64,000 bases of DNA. It comes from an uncultured Gemmatimonadales bacterium. Its GTDB lineage: Bacteria > Gemmatimonadota > Gemmatimonadetes > Gemmatimonadales > Gemmatimonadaceae. Both the position numbers and the translations under genes were made by a program. Below, in pieces: positions 1 to 11,643 of the stretch; the stretch's first letter is position 1; each line of letters begins with the position of its first letter. The stretch spans positions 160,001 through 224,000 of the forward strand of contig CAWBZV010000002.1 in NCBI GenBank assembly GCA_963793305.1, read 5' to 3'. The notes under the pieces were generated by a model, which was not told the origin of the DNA, searched no databases, and saw only the letters and a program-made list of their open reading frames with translations.

Positions 1-9
1 CAGAGTAGT

Positions 10-1599
10 ATGGGAAAGCCATATCTCGGACTGGCGGTCCTGCTGGTGGGCTGCGGTACGGTGCCCCCCACGCCGAACCCAAGCCCGTTCGAGCCGGCCA
101 CGGCTATGTCATCCGTGCCGACGGCCGACGAGCTCAGACGCGATCTCATGGTGTTTGCGTCGGACTCGTTTCGCGGTCGCGAGACCGGCACGAACGATGA
201 GCGGCGCGCCGCGGCGTTTCTCGTCTCGCGGTTGACCGCGCTCGGGCTCACCGGCGCCGGCGACAGCGGATTCTATCAACGCGTGCCGCTCGTACACCCG
301 GCGCTGGGAAGCGAGACCCGTTTCACGGTGTCGACCCCCGCGCGGACGATGACGCTGCTGCCGATGATCGATGTCGTGCCGATCCTCGACATCGGCGGTG
401 ACGAGCCACCACCGAAAGCCAACGCCGAAGGGGCGCTGGTGTTCGCCGGCTATGGCGTCGGCGACGATTTCATGAAAGTGCCCATCAAAGGGCACGTGGT
501 CGTCGTGGTGAACGGCGCACCGGCGCGCACCCCGCCCAACGAACGCGCGGCGCTCGAGTCCGAATCAGCGATTACCGCGCGACTGGAGCGACTGATTCCG
601 CTGCATCCGGCGGGCATCATCATCTTGCTCTCGGGCGCTTCGAGCAATGTCGGAGATCGCATCTCCAAAGAGCTGAGCCGCTCGTTGGAGCTGGCGGGCC
701 CCTCACCGGCTGTGCTGCCCGACGGAGAGCGACCCGTGCCGATGATCTTGATCGGCCGCCCCTCAGCGGGCTCTCCGCTTCTTCCGCCCGGCTGGACTGG
801 TGCTGGCACGCCACGGGTGCTCCGCGGCCGACGATTTACTGGACACGTCGAGTTGCGTCGCGCGCCCGTGTCGTCGTACAACGTCGTCGCCATCGTGCCC
901 GGCTCGGATCCCGCCTTGCGCCGCACATACGTTGCGTTCGGCGCCCACTACGATCACCTCGGCGTGGTGGCACCAGAGCACGGCGACTCCATTGCGAATG
1001 GCGCCGACGACGATGGCTCCGGATCGGTGGCCTTATTGGCGCTGGCGCGGACATTCGTCTCGGCCAGAAACCCGCCGCGCCGATCCATTCTGTTCGTCTG
1101 GCACGTGGGCGAGGAGAAGGGGCTCCTCGGCTCGGCGTATTTCACCGAGCATCCCACCGTGCCGATCGATTCGATCGTGGCGCAGGTCAACGCGGACATG
1201 ATCGGCAGGAATAACCCGGACTCGTTGTACATAGTCGGGCCGTCGGCGGCACCGCATGGACAGAGTCGCATCCTCGGCCAGATCGTGGATTCCGTGGATC
1301 GCGCGCTCGCGCACCCGTTCGCGTTCAACCGCGAGTGGGACTCGCCAACCCATCCCGAACAGATCTATTACCGGTCGGACCACTACAACTATGCCCGAAA
1401 GGGGGTGCCGATCGTCTTCTTTACGAGCGGCTTGCACGCCGATTATCACCGGGTGACCGACAAACCGGGGAAAATCGACTACGACAAGCTCGCCCATGTC
1501 GATCTCCTGATGTTCAACCTCGGGACAGCGCTCGCGAACCGGGACACCCGGCCCGTTGAGCAGCCGTCCATGGTGAGTGCTAAGAGACAAGTTAGGTGA
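10..1599 (+). CDS. M28 family metallopeptidase lipoprotein with PA domain
   Basis: Lipobox LVGC; GAHYDHLG, NGADDDGSG, GEEKGLLGS, RSDHY and DYH motifs. Confidence 0.9.
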   Translation: MGKPYLGLAVLLVGCGTVPPTPNPSPFEPATAMSSVPTADELRRDLMVFASDSFRGRETGTNDERRAAAFLVSRLTALGLTGAGDSGFYQRVPLVHPALGSETRFTVSTPARTMTLLPMIDVVPILDIGGDEPPPKANAEGALVFAGYGVGDDFMKVPIKGHVVVVVNGAPARTPPNERAALESESAITARLERLIPLHPAGIIILLSGASSNVGDRISKELSRSLELAGPSPAVLPDGERPVPMILIGRPSAGSPLLPPGWTGAGTPRVLRGRRFTGHVELRRAPVSSYNVVAIVPGSDPALRRTYVAFGAHYDHLGVVAPEHGDSIANGADDDGSGSVALLALARTFVSARNPPRRSILFVWHVGEEKGLLGSAYFTEHPTVPIDSIVAQVNADMIGRNNPDSLYIVGPSAAPHGQSRILGQIVDSVDRALAHPFAFNREWDSPTHPEQIYYRSDHYNYARKGVPIVFFTSGLHADYHRVTDKPGKIDYDKLAHVDLLMFNLGTALANRDTRPVEQPSMVSAKRQVR

Positions 1600-1636
1600 T
1601 GGTCTTTTGGTACGTTTTGTGTTATAGGAGAGAGAT

Positions 1637-2368
1637 ATGATCGTGGCCGATGTGAGGCGGGCATTGCGGCGGGACGACGCGCAGTTGGTAATGCGACTGA
1701 TCGCGCGTGGGAATGCGATCGAGTATGAGCGCGCCGAAGGTCTGTTGCGCGACGAAGGACTCGATGCGCTCCTCGATGATCCGCGGTTGCTGACCGGGCT
1801 CCTCGAGTCACGCCAGGGGGCGTGCGCCTCGTATCCGTTGTTTGCCTACGTCCTCGTGCGGCACGCCATGCAGTCCGTCGGCGAGTCCGACCGCGTGCTC
1901 GCCGATTACGTCGCCTCGATTCTCATGCACTTCGGCTTGCAGCAGCGGGCCAATCGGGTGGCCGAGTCGGACGACGAGTACTACGATACAGTCGCCGGGT
2001 TGCTGGGCGCGGTCGACGGGCCGGATGCGCAGCGCGCCTTCTTGGTGCGCGCTCACCTCGGCAACTATGCGTTGTGGCTCTCGGGCATGTTCCCCGAGTT
2101 TATCGCCGGTCGCCACCATCGCCGGGGGGCGCCGGATCTCGACTATTTCGAGGAAGTCGGCCGCCGCGGCTATCAACTCGCCGCCGACCACCGGCTCGCC
2201 ACCGAGCATGGCCTCGCCACGCTCTACTCGGCAGCGGCCGAGCGCTTCCCGCTCCTGCGGGTCGCGCTCAACCGCGTCAGTGACCGGACGCTCTTCGCGA
2301 ACCGGTACTCGCCCGAGCGCCTCATGCGCCAAGTCCGCGATGAGGCGCGCTGGAAACTCCTGAGCTAG
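1637..2368 (+). CDS. Hypothetical protein
   Basis: 243-aa ORF with purine-rich SD (AGGAGAG) and protein-like composition; family not recognised. Confidence 0.75.
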   Translation: MIVADVRRALRRDDAQLVMRLIARGNAIEYERAEGLLRDEGLDALLDDPRLLTGLLESRQGACASYPLFAYVLVRHAMQSVGESDRVLADYVASILMHFGLQQRANRVAESDDEYYDTVAGLLGAVDGPDAQRAFLVRAHLGNYALWLSGMFPEFIAGRHHRRGAPDLDYFEEVGRRGYQLAADHRLATEHGLATLYSAAAERFPLLRVALNRVSDRTLFANRYSPERLMRQVRDEARWKLLS

Positions 2369-2370
2369 CC

Positions 2371-3291
2371 CTACTGCTTGGGCAGTTGAATCATCGGCAT
2401 CGCGTTGCCGCTCACCTGCGGCATCTGTCCATTCCACCGTTTCGCCATCTCGTACTGCACCAGTACCGGCGTGATGCTCTTCGCGAGCAACTCGTTGGCT
2501 TTCGCCTGCGCTTCCGCCTCGGCCAGGATGGCCTTGGCGTGTCCGATGGCCTTGATCGAGTCGCCGCTCGCCTGAAACGTGTTCTTTTGCAGCTCATTCT
2601 GTGCGGTGAACGCTTGCTGCTGCATCACGTTCTTCTGATTGATGGCCTCGACGACCGACGGTGGCGCCCTCAGCTCGTTGATCGTGAACTGCTTGACGTC
2701 GACGCCATAAACGGATAGGCGCTGCTCCAGCAACTGTTGGGTTCTCGCTGTCGCTTCCGATTTTTTCGGCCCGATAATATCGGCGATCTTCTCCTGGCCG
2801 ACGACCTCCTGGAGCGCCTGTCGGATCGCCTGACGGATGTAGCCATGCTGAATCGTCTCGATGTCGGTCCGGAACGTCGTGTAGAGCTGCGGCACGTGCG
2901 CCGGGTCGAGCTGGAACGACATGGAGACATCGAGCGACAACGGCTGCCCTTCGACGCTGTTCACGTTGATCTCATCGTTGTTCATCGAGCCTTCGTTCGC
3001 CGATTTCGTGAGCACGAGGGTCTGCATATACGTCGGGTACTCGACGATCTCGGTCGTCAACGGATTCCTCAGGTGCAACCCGGCGCCCAGCGCAATCGGG
3101 TCGACGCCGCCGCCGCTCAGGCGGTGGATGACGATCCCCACGTGCCCGGGGCTGATGTACTTCGCGGTCGTGGTCATCAGCGGGATGAGGATCAAGACCC
3201 CAACGACGAGCGCGATCCATCGCCCGATGCGCCCCACGGCGCTTGGGTCGATCCCAACGGAATGCATGCGTCCCGCCATCGAGCTAGTCAT
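2371..3291 (-). CDS. SPFH/prohibitin (band 7) membrane protein
   Basis: N-terminal TM, ISPGHVGIV, SPFH core and AEAEAQAKAN coiled coil; start approximate (3291 or 3279). Confidence 0.88.
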   Translation of the reverse strand: MTSSMAGRMHSVGIDPSAVGRIGRWIALVVGVLILIPLMTTTAKYISPGHVGIVIHRLSGGGVDPIALGAGLHLRNPLTTEIVEYPTYMQTLVLTKSANEGSMNNDEINVNSVEGQPLSLDVSMSFQLDPAHVPQLYTTFRTDIETIQHGYIRQAIRQALQEVVGQEKIADIIGPKKSEATARTQQLLEQRLSVYGVDVKQFTINELRAPPSVVEAINQKNVMQQQAFTAQNELQKNTFQASGDSIKAIGHAKAILAEAEAQAKANELLAKSITPVLVQYEMAKRWNGQMPQVSGNAMPMIQLPKQ

Positions 3292-3538
3292 GGACGATCT
3301 CCGAGTAGCACTCGGGGCATATACGTTCACCGCTGGGCAACCGGACCATGTCCGTTTCCGCGTGCGGCCCATGAATCGAGCACACGCGTGCCGCCGCAGC
3401 TTCGATGAGCCGGCGGTTCCGGCCCTGTCGAACGCGAACCCCGAGTGGGGTAAACTGCATGAGTACGAAATAGAGAAGGGCGCCGGTCGTCACAAGCAGC
3501 GCGACGAACAAGACGCCCTCCAGTACGATTGTCACCAT
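3284..3538 (-). CDS. Small TM protein with C-terminal CxxH...CxxC motif
   Basis: Hydrophobic N-terminus, CSIH and CPEC; stop overlaps the SPFH start. Confidence 0.7.
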   Translation of the reverse strand: MVTIVLEGVLFVALLVTTGALLYFVLMQFTPLGVRVRQGRNRRLIEAAAARVCSIHGPHAETDMVRLPSGERICPECYSEIVHD

Positions 3539-3550
3539 AGTATATGAATA

Positions 3551-4306
3551 TTACGACCTGCCGCCCGCGGGAGTTTCGCGTACTTGGACGGCAAACGCCT
3601 CGAACAACTTCCGATCCCATGGCTCCGGCCCGCCAGTCAGGTTCTCGGGGTGCCATTGTATCCCTAGCGCCCACCACGGGTTAGCCAAGGGCGTCTCGAT
3701 GGCCTCTATGACGCCATCGCTCGCCGTGGCCGTCACCAGCACCTGTGCCGCCGGCACATCGACGGCCTGGTGATGAAAAGAGTTCACGGTGATCTCGTCA
3801 CGTCCCACCGCCTGCGCGAGACGCGAGTCGCGCGTCAGCGTGACCGTGTGTGTCCGCTCGGCCCGTGGCCCGTCGCCATCGTGCGCGATGGCGCTCGGAT
3901 GCTGGCTCGGGAGGTCCTGAATCAGCGTCCCTCCCAGGCCGACGTTCATGACCTGAATCCCACGGCAGATGGCGAGCGTGGGCATCCGCCGCTCGCGCGC
4001 GCCCTCGAAGAACGCCAGCTCGGTCGCATCGCGCTCGGCATGAACAGTGCCTAGTCGCGGATGGGGCTCGGCGCCGTAGCGCGCGGGATCGACATCCTCG
4101 CCGCCGGTGAGCACGAGGCCCGACACGACATCGAGGATCGCGTCGCGGTCGGCGCAGCGATCGCCGCCGGCGAACGGTGGGACCACGATCGGGGTAAGAC
4201 CTGTGCCGTCGAGCGACGTGAGATACGCGACGCTGAGCCGCACGCGGACCATCCCGTTGTCCATTCGGGTCGTGGCCGTGACTGCAACGAGGGGGTGGCG
4301 GGGCAT
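3551..4306 (-). CDS. Peptidase C26 / gamma-glutamyl-GABA hydrolase family (class I glutamine amidotransferase)
   Basis: GLVLTGGEDVDP, AICRGIQ, NSFHHQA and GIQWHPE motifs; ATG at 4306. Confidence 0.9.
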   Translation of the reverse strand: MPRHPLVAVTATTRMDNGMVRVRLSVAYLTSLDGTGLTPIVVPPFAGGDRCADRDAILDVVSGLVLTGGEDVDPARYGAEPHPRLGTVHAERDATELAFFEGARERRMPTLAICRGIQVMNVGLGGTLIQDLPSQHPSAIAHDGDGPRAERTHTVTLTRDSRLAQAVGRDEITVNSFHHQAVDVPAAQVLVTATASDGVIEAIETPLANPWWALGIQWHPENLTGGPEPWDRKLFEAFAVQVRETPAGGRS

Positions 4307-4333
4307 GACGTCTGGAATATATCGTATGGCCCG

Positions 4334-4825
4334 ATGTTCGAGCACTTGCGGCGGTCGTGGCAGAGTCTCCTCGATGGATCGCTCCCGGCAGACGAGCGAC
4401 GCGAGGTCGTCGCGGCTATGAAGGACACGCTCGTCCATGCGCGCGTCGGCGTCAGCGCCATGCGGGATGGACTCGTCGAGGTACGGGCGCGGCTCGACAA
4501 GGAGCGCACCGAGCTCGCCACGTGTACGCGGCGGAAGCAGCTTGCGCAGCAAATTGGCGACGCCGAGACCGTGACGGTCGCGGCGAAGTTCGAGCTCTTT
4601 CACCAGGAGCGATGCTCGGTGCTCGAGCGCAAGTGCAGCGCCCAGGAGGCGGAGCTCGCACTCGCCGAGCGCGAGATCGCCGAAATGACGCTCGAGTTCA
4701 AGCACGCTGCCTCCGGCGCTCCGTTACCTGACGCCCCGAAGGCGCCCAGCGGTGACCGCCGTTCCGCGGCCGAGCTGGATGCCGAACTGCGCTTGGCGGA
4801 GCTCAAGCGTCGCATGGGGAAGTAG
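4334..4825 (+). CDS. PspA/IM30-like coiled-coil protein
   Basis: Helical coiled coil starting MFEHLRRSW and ending RLAELKRRMGK. Confidence 0.6.
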   Translation: MFEHLRRSWQSLLDGSLPADERREVVAAMKDTLVHARVGVSAMRDGLVEVRARLDKERTELATCTRRKQLAQQIGDAETVTVAAKFELFHQERCSVLERKCSAQEAELALAEREIAEMTLEFKHAASGAPLPDAPKAPSGDRRSAAELDAELRLAELKRRMGK

Positions 4826-4835
4826 TCGCATTCGA

Positions 4836-6618
4836 ATGCATCGTGTCGTTGCGGTCGCCCTGGTGGCCGCCGCTGTCCAGGCGACCGCGCAGGACTCGAC
4901 GCGCACCGTGACGCGCATCGCGGCGCAGGATGCGGCCCGGGCGGTGGCGTGCGAAGGCCACGTGATCTCGGCGATCGACATCCGCCCCCAGTCCCCGTAC
5001 TTCGCCGGCATCACGGGTCAGTGGCGGTGGATCGCCCGCCGCGCGACGAGCCTGCACGCGACCACCCGCGCGAAAGTGATCCGACGCTTCCTGCTCGTCC
5101 GCGTCGGCGAGCCGTGCACTGGCATTGCCCTCGAGGAATCCGAGCGCGTGCTCCGCGCCCAGCCGTTCCTGGCCGAGGCCCGCGTGAGCGCGTACGACGA
5201 CGGCAACGGCGGCGTGCGGGTCGATGTCTTCACCGTCGACGAAATCGGACTCCTCGCGGGCCTCAACGCGCAGAGCGGCACCCCGTACGTGACGCGCTTC
5301 CTCATCGGCGAAGGCAACCTGGCAGGCCAGGGAATCCAAGCCAGCGCCGACTGGCACTACTATCAGTTCTACCGCGACCGTTACGCGGCGAGCCTCATCG
5401 ACTACGATTTCCTCGCGAAACCCTATCGCCTACAGGTCGACGCGATTCGTCAACCCGAGGGCGGCCTGTGGGATGCCGGCCTCACGCACCCGTTCCTGTC
5501 CGAGCTCCAGCGCGCCGCCTGGGTGGTCTCCGGTGGCTCGCAACGCGTGTTCTACGGATTTCAGAGCCCGACGTTCCCGAACAACTTCGATATACCGGCG
5601 ATCGATTACACGCGCAGCTACTGGCAGGTCGGCGGGATCGTCCGCGTCGGCGCGCCGGGCAAGTTCAGCTTGTTCGGCCTGTCGCTGTCCCAGGAGCGCG
5701 AAGTCGTGGCCCGCACGCCCGTCACGCTCGCCGATTCCGGTCTGATCAAGGACACGGTCTCGGCCACGGCGCCCGAGCTCACCAATCGATTCGCGCACGT
5801 CACGCAGAGCGGTCGCGTCAACATTCTCTGGGGGTTCCGCGACGTTCGACTTCCTGCGCGTCTCGGGCTTCGACGTCCTGAGCGGCGACGAAGACCTCCG
5901 GCGTGGCTTTCAGTTCGGCACCTTCTTCGGCCACGGCATGTCCGCGCTCGGTACGCGCGGCGAGGACACGTTCGTCAGCTCGGCGGTCTATTTCGGCGCC
6001 GGCACCACCCAATGGTTCACCGGGCTGCAAGCGCAGGGCGAGGGTCGCGAGAACGACATCACGCACGGGTGGGACGGCATTCTCGTCAGCGGTCGTTGGG
6101 CCGCGTACTACAAGCCCGCCGGCAACCAGGTCTTCATCCTCGATGAGGAGTACGGCCTCGGCATCCGGCAGCGCATCCCATTTCAGCTCGGCTTCGCCGA
6201 TTTCCGCGGTGGCATCCGCGGCTATCGCCTCTCACAGGACGCCGGCGGCGAGCGCAGCGTGTCGCGGTTCGAGTATCACTTCGCGCTGCCGCCGATCCGC
6301 CAACTGGCGCAGATCGGCGTCGGGCCGTTCGTCGATGCCGGCAAGTTGTGGGCGCAAGACACGCCGTTTGGCGTCTCGACGCCGTTCACGTTCTCGACCG
6401 GCTTGAGCCTCTTCGTCGCCATTCCCCCACGGTCGCGCCGCATGTGGCGTTTCGACGTCGCGTTCCCGGTGACGAACGAGCCGCACGTCCACGGCGTCGA
6501 GTTCCGGTTCACGACGCAGACGTTCTCGTACACCTCGTACACATTCTACCAAGAGCCCCAGGACCTGGCGCGCGCCCGGGAGCCGGTCGTGCCCGGCTCG
6601 ATCTTCAACTATCCTTGA
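4836..6618 (+). CDS. BamA/TamA (Omp85)-like outer membrane protein with POTRA domain; +1 frameshift near 5846
   Basis: Signal peptide, POTRA-like LEESERVLRAQPFL, beta-strand pattern, IRGY motif; removing one T at 5845-5846 joins the two ORFs. Confidence 0.7.
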
Positions 6619-7918
6619 CCGACGCCGTCAGTCGCTTGAGTACGGGCACGCAGAACAGCATCAGGACACCCGCGCTGACCGACACCACGAAGAAAATGGT
6701 GAAGAACGTGCCGTGCGACATGCCCTGTTCGAGCCCGGCGAGCCACCCGCCCGCATAGCTGCCGACGGCGATCGGCAGGAAGCTGACGCCCATGAAGAAC
6801 GCAACGAATCGAGTCGGCGCCACCTTCGAGACATACGACAATCCGACTGGCGAGAGGCACAACTCGCCGAGCTCTCCGACGCCGTACGTCGCCAAGAGCA
6901 AGAACGGCGATACGGTCGCGCAGTTCGCCGCGTGCGACGCGAGGCACGCGTCGGTCTGATGGCCGGCAGTGATCATAAACGCAAAACTCACCCCGACAAA
7001 CAGGAGGCCGAGCGCCATCTTGAGCGGGGTCGATGGCTCGAGGTTTCGTTTGCCGAGCCACTGCCAGAGTATGGCGAACAGCGGGGCGAGCATGATCACG
7101 TAGAGCGGCTGCGCGGTTTGGAACCACGACGAGGGAATCGAGAAACTGCCGACTTGGAGATTGATGTACCGATCGGCGAACAGGTTCAACGAACTCCCCG
7201 CCTGCTCATAGCTGACCCAGAACGCGGCGGCGAACAGGAACACGATCCAGATCGCGGTAATGCGCTTGCGCTCATCGGAGGTGAGCGGAGTGCGCTCGCG
7301 GACAGTAGCCTCCGGCCGCTTCGCGGGCACCATGCCGATACCGGGGAGATACCGGTCTCGCAGCGCGACGTACGTGATGAGGCCGAGGACCATCCCGACG
7401 CCGGCCGCGGCGAAGCCATAGTGCCAGTTGACCTTCTGCCCCAAATAGCCGCATACGATCGGCGCGAAGAGGCTGCCGATGTTGATGCCCATGTAGAAGA
7501 TCGTGTACCCGGCATCGCGTCGCCGGTCGCCGGGTTCGTACAACTGCCCGACCATGGTAGACGCGTTCGGCTTGAACAAGCCAGTGCCGATGACGACGAG
7601 CGCGAGGCCGGGATAGAACGACCAGGTCGCCGGGATGGCGAGCACAAAATGCCCGGCCGCGATGATCGAGCCACCGATGACGAGTGCGCGCCGTGTGCCG
7701 AAGACCCGGTCGGCGAGCCAACCGCCAAGCAATGGCGTGAACCACACGAGTCCCGTGTACAGCCCGTACACGTGCGTCGCCTGCACGTCCTGATACTTGA
7801 GCACGTGCACCATGTACAGCACGAGCAGCGCGCGCATGCCATAGTACGAGAATCGCTCCCACATCTCGGCGGCGAAGAGTACGCCGAGGCCGCGGGGGTG
7901 CCCGAAGAAAGTCTTCAT
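6605..7918 (-). CDS. POT family proton-dependent oligopeptide MFS transporter
   Basis: GHPRGL and [12 protein letters not shown] signature; FYMGINIG. Confidence 0.95.
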   Translation of the reverse strand: MKTFFGHPRGLGVLFAAEMWERFSYYGMRALLVLYMVHVLKYQDVQATHVYGLYTGLVWFTPLLGGWLADRVFGTRRALVIGGSIIAAGHFVLAIPATWSFYPGLALVVIGTGLFKPNASTMVGQLYEPGDRRRDAGYTIFYMGINIGSLFAPIVCGYLGQKVNWHYGFAAAGVGMVLGLITYVALRDRYLPGIGMVPAKRPEATVRERTPLTSDERKRITAIWIVFLFAAAFWVSYEQAGSSLNLFADRYINLQVGSFSIPSSWFQTAQPLYVIMLAPLFAILWQWLGKRNLEPSTPLKMALGLLFVGVSFAFMITAGHQTDACLASHAANCATVSPFLLLATYGVGELGELCLSPVGLSYVSKVAPTRFVAFFMGVSFLPIAVGSYAGGWLAGLEQGMSHGTFFTIFFVVSVSAGVLMLFCVPVLKRLTASVKDS

Positions 7919-8853
7919 GACCGTTTGGGTTCCTTGATGCACGCCGCCCAGTGCCCCGGCGCCTTTTCCTCGAGCGGCGGGATGCCGCGAGCGCACTCGG
8001 CGTCCTTGAGTGGGTGCAAGCAGCGGGGATGAAATGCGCAACCGGGCGGTGGGGCCGCGGCTGATGGCGGCTCGCCGGGCAGCACGACGCGTTGGCGAGC
8101 TCTCGACGGCTCCGGCACGGGCACTGCCGACAGCAGCGCCCGCGTATACGGCATGATCGGGTCGCCATAGAGCGCCGCAGCCGGCGCCTCTTCGACGATC
8201 CGGCCGAGGTACATGACCGCGACGCGCGTCGCGACGTGCGCGACGACGGACAGGTCGTGCGCGATGAACAAGTACGTGAGCCCCCGGTGCTGCTGCAGGT
8301 CCATGAGCAGGTTGATCACCTGCGCCTGGACCGACACATTGAGCATGGCGACCGGTTCGTCGCAGACGATGAAATCGGGGTTGACCGCGAGCGCTCGGGC
8401 GATCCCGATGCGCTGGCGCTGTCCGCCAGAGAACTCATGCGGATACCGATTCGCGACATCCGGTCGCAAGCCCACCTCGGCCAGCAACTCTCCCACGCGC
8501 TCGTCCCCGCCGGGCAGGCCATGTATCGTGAGCCCTTCCCGGACGATGGCCCCAACGGTCATCCGGGGATTCAGCGACGCATAGGGATCTTGGAAGATGA
8601 TCTGCGCGCGCCGTCGCATCCGACGCAGATCCGCACGCCGCAGTCCCAACACGTCGGTTCCATCGAACGAGATGTTGCCCGATGTCGGTTCGATGAGCCG
8701 CAACGTGGCTCGTCCGGTCGTCGTTTTCCCACAGCCGGATTCCCCAACCAAGCCCAGTGTTTCCCCGCGCTCGATATCGAACGACACGCCTTCGACAGCG
8801 CGTACCGCGCCATAGCGCTTCACGAGATCGCGAACGGCTACGAGCGGCGCCAC
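7915..8853 (-). CDS. Oligopeptide/dipeptide ABC ATP-binding protein (OppF/DppF-like)
   Basis: [20 protein letters not shown] and C-terminal [11 protein letters not shown] start inferred. Confidence 0.92.
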   Translation of the reverse strand: MAPLVAVRDLVKRYGAVRAVEGVSFDIERGETLGLVGESGCGKTTTGRATLRLIEPTSGNISFDGTDVLGLRRADLRRMRRRAQIIFQDPYASLNPRMTVGAIVREGLTIHGLPGGDERVGELLAEVGLRPDVANRYPHEFSGGQRQRIGIARALAVNPDFIVCDEPVAMLNVSVQAQVINLLMDLQQHRGLTYLFIAHDLSVVAHVATRVAVMYLGRIVEEAPAAALYGDPIMPYTRALLSAVPVPEPSRARQRVVLPGEPPSAAAPPPGCAFHPRCLHPLKDAECARGIPPLEEKAPGHWAACIKEPKRS

Positions 8854-9830
8854 GGTTCCTCGGCGAGATGACACCGCGACGTATGCCCGGCGGCGATCTG
8901 ATACAGCGGCGGACGCTCGTGCTCGCAGCGTTCCCACGCATACGCACACCGCGCGCGAAACCGACACCCGCCCGGCCAATCGGTGGCCGGCGGTACCGAC
9001 CCAGGGATGACCGCGAGTCGCCTACTCCGGTCAGCGGGAGTCGCGGCCGGAATGGCCTTCAACAAGCCGATCGTGTACGGGTGGTGTGGCTCGTCGAACA
9101 GCACGCCAACCGGGGCTTCTTCGACGACCTCCCCCGCGTACATCACGATCACGCGCGAGGTCGACTCCGCGATCACGCCGAGGTCATGCGTGATGAGCAA
9201 CATGGCCATCCCCATGCGCTCCCGGAGCTCAGCCAGGAGCTCGAGGATCTGAGCCTGGACGGTGACGTCGAGTGCGGTCGTCGGCTCATCGGCCAGCACG
9301 AGCTCAGGATGCATCACGAGCGCCATGGCGATGACCACGCGTTGCCGCATGCCACCCGAGAGCTGGTGCGGGTATTGGTCGAACCGGGCGGCCGGATCCG
9401 ACAGCCCGACCAGGCGGAGCATCTCGATCGCCCGTTCCCGCGCCTCTTTCCCAGGCGTGTGGTCATGAACGCGGAGCACCTCGGCGATCTGATCGCCGAT
9501 GCGCAACACGGGATTGAGCGCCGTCATTGGCTCCTGGAAGACCATGGAGACGCGGGAGCCACGGATCTGGCGCAACGATTCCGCATCGAGCGACATGAGG
9601 TCGGTCCCATCGAGCGCAATGTGCGAGCCTTCGACGATGCGACCGGGTGGGCGAATCAACCGCAAGATGGAGAACGCCGTGACCGACTTCCCGCAGCCGG
9701 ACTCGCCGACGAGCCCCACACTCTCGCCTGGGCCGACATCGAACGAGACGCCATCGACGGCGCGGGCGAGCCCCGCGTCCGTGTCGAAGACGGTTCGGAG
9801 GTCGCGAACGGACAAAATGGGCCTCGTCAT
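8838..9830 (-). CDS. Oligopeptide/dipeptide ABC ATP-binding protein (OppD/DppD-like)
   Basis: [25 protein letters not shown] and GCRFRARC. Confidence 0.93.
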   Translation of the reverse strand: MTRPILSVRDLRTVFDTDAGLARAVDGVSFDVGPGESVGLVGESGCGKSVTAFSILRLIRPPGRIVEGSHIALDGTDLMSLDAESLRQIRGSRVSMVFQEPMTALNPVLRIGDQIAEVLRVHDHTPGKEARERAIEMLRLVGLSDPAARFDQYPHQLSGGMRQRVVIAMALVMHPELVLADEPTTALDVTVQAQILELLAELRERMGMAMLLITHDLGVIAESTSRVIVMYAGEVVEEAPVGVLFDEPHHPYTIGLLKAIPAATPADRSRRLAVIPGSVPPATDWPGGCRFRARCAYAWERCEHERPPLYQIAAGHTSRCHLAEEPWRRS

Positions 9831-10654
9831 CGCCCGGGAAGCTCGCGCGGGTCGAGGGCATCCCGCAAGCGGTCGCCGAGGACGTTGATCGACAACATCG
9901 TGGCGACGATGGCCAGGCCGGGAAACAGCGACAGCCACCAGAGGCCCACCCCCGTCGCATCGTGCATGATGTTGCCCCAGCTCGCGCGCGGCGGCTGGAT
10001 GCCGACGCCAATGAACGACAGCCCGGCCTCCAGCAAGATCGCGGAACCGAAGCTGATCGTGGCCGCGACGATCACGGGTGACATCACGTTCGGGAGGATG
10101 TGCCGCGCGAGGATGCGGGCGCCGGTCGCGCCGAGGGCGCGGGCGGCGAGGACGAACTCGCGGGACCCCGTGGCTTTGACCTCCGCTCGGACGAGCCGGC
10201 TGATCTGAAACCAACCCGTGGCGGCGAGAAACGCGATCAGGGCGCCGGGCGACGTGCCGCCCCAGAGCGCGATAACGGTGAGGACGAGCAGCACGCGCGG
10301 CATCGCCATGAGCGCGTCCACGGTGCGCATGAGCGCTTCGTCGATCCATCCGCCCGCGTACCCGGCGATCGCCCCGTATACGGTCCCAATGGCAACCGAT
10401 CCGAGCGCCGCCAGAGCGCCGACGCCGAGCGATACCCGTCCCCCGTAGAGCACGCGGGATAGGACGTCCCGGGACAGCGGATCAGTCCCAAACGGAAACG
10501 CTGACGAAGGCGGACGGCTCTTGAGCCCGACGATGTCGATTTGCTGCGCGGGCCCGTACCGCGCGAGCAGCGGCGCGAAGATGGCCGCTGCCACCAGCGC
10601 GACGAGCACGCCGAGGGCGAGCAGCACGACGGGATCGCGCATGAGCCGCTTCAC
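9827..10654 (-). CDS. Peptide ABC permease (OppC/DppC-like)
   Basis: FGTDPLSRD, EFVLAARALGA and RHILPN; GTGA overlap with upstream gene. Confidence 0.92.
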   Translation of the reverse strand: MKRLMRDPVVLLALGVLVALVAAAIFAPLLARYGPAQQIDIVGLKSRPPSSAFPFGTDPLSRDVLSRVLYGGRVSLGVGALAALGSVAIGTVYGAIAGYAGGWIDEALMRTVDALMAMPRVLLVLTVIALWGGTSPGALIAFLAATGWFQISRLVRAEVKATGSREFVLAARALGATGARILARHILPNVMSPVIVAATISFGSAILLEAGLSFIGVGIQPPRASWGNIMHDATGVGLWWLSLFPGLAIVATMLSINVLGDRLRDALDPRELPGR

Positions 10655-11625
10655 GTACGCATCCTGGGGTCGGCGACCGCATACAGCGCATCGGCGATGA
10701 GACTCCCCAGCACCACGGCGCCACTGCCGACGAGCGTGCACCCGATGACGACGGGCGCATCGCGCTGGCTGATGGCGTCAAACGCGAGGCGACCCATGCC
10801 AGGCCACGAGAACACTTGCTCGACAAACAACGCCCCGCCGAACAACGCCGGGAGCGTGAACCCGATGTTGGTGATCAGCGGCAGCAGCGCGTTGCGCAAC
10901 GCGTGCCGCACGATGACGTCGCGCTCGGGAACTCCCTTGGCTCTCGCGGTCCGCAGGTAGTCTTCGCCGGCGACATCGCGCATGGCGTTGCGCTGAAACC
11001 GCGCGATGCCGGCGACGCTCACCGCGGCCAACGTGATGGCCGGCAGAATCAGATGATCGATGCGGTCCCACAGACGGCCCCAGACGTTCATGTAGTCGTG
11101 GGTGATCGCCGTTACGGTTCCACCAGCCGGGAAAATGGGAATCACGTACGCGAAGACGAATAAAGCGATCTGCGCCAGCCAGAACTCGGGCAACGAGTAC
11201 AGCACGATAGCCGTCCCCATGGCGACCTGCCCACTCGTCGATCGGGGTTGGACGCTCCGTGCGACGCCGAGCACGAGTCCACCGATAAGACTGAGCGCAA
11301 TCGCGAGGCTCATCAGCAGGATCGTATTCGGCAACGCCTGCGCGATCATCTCGGCCACTGGCCGCTGCGTGATGTACGACTGCCCGAGATCGCCGCGCGC
11401 CGCGTGAGACAGAAATTCGCCGTAGCGGCTGAGCAGGGGACCATCGAGCCCGAGGCGGACGCGACATTGGGCTTGGACGGCCATGGTGATGCGCGGGTCG
11501 TCCGTCGCGCACGGATCCCCGGGGGCGATCGCGATCAGCCCAAAGGCGATCGTGGCGACGATGATGACAACGAGTAACGAGTGCAGCGCCCGCCGGCCGA
11601 TTCTCGGGGCCAGCGCGCGCAGCAC
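10651..11625 (-). CDS. Peptide ABC permease (OppB/DppB-like)
   Basis: GDLGQS, DYLRTARAKG, RHALRNA and EQVFSWPGMG. Confidence 0.93.
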   Translation of the reverse strand: MLRALAPRIGRRALHSLLVVIIVATIAFGLIAIAPGDPCATDDPRITMAVQAQCRVRLGLDGPLLSRYGEFLSHAARGDLGQSYITQRPVAEMIAQALPNTILLMSLAIALSLIGGLVLGVARSVQPRSTSGQVAMGTAIVLYSLPEFWLAQIALFVFAYVIPIFPAGGTVTAITHDYMNVWGRLWDRIDHLILPAITLAAVSVAGIARFQRNAMRDVAGEDYLRTARAKGVPERDVIVRHALRNALLPLITNIGFTLPALFGGALFVEQVFSWPGMGRLAFDAISQRDAPVVIGCTLVGSGAVVLGSLIADALYAVADPRMRT

Positions 11626-11643
11626 GGGTAAGCGCCTACGGCG

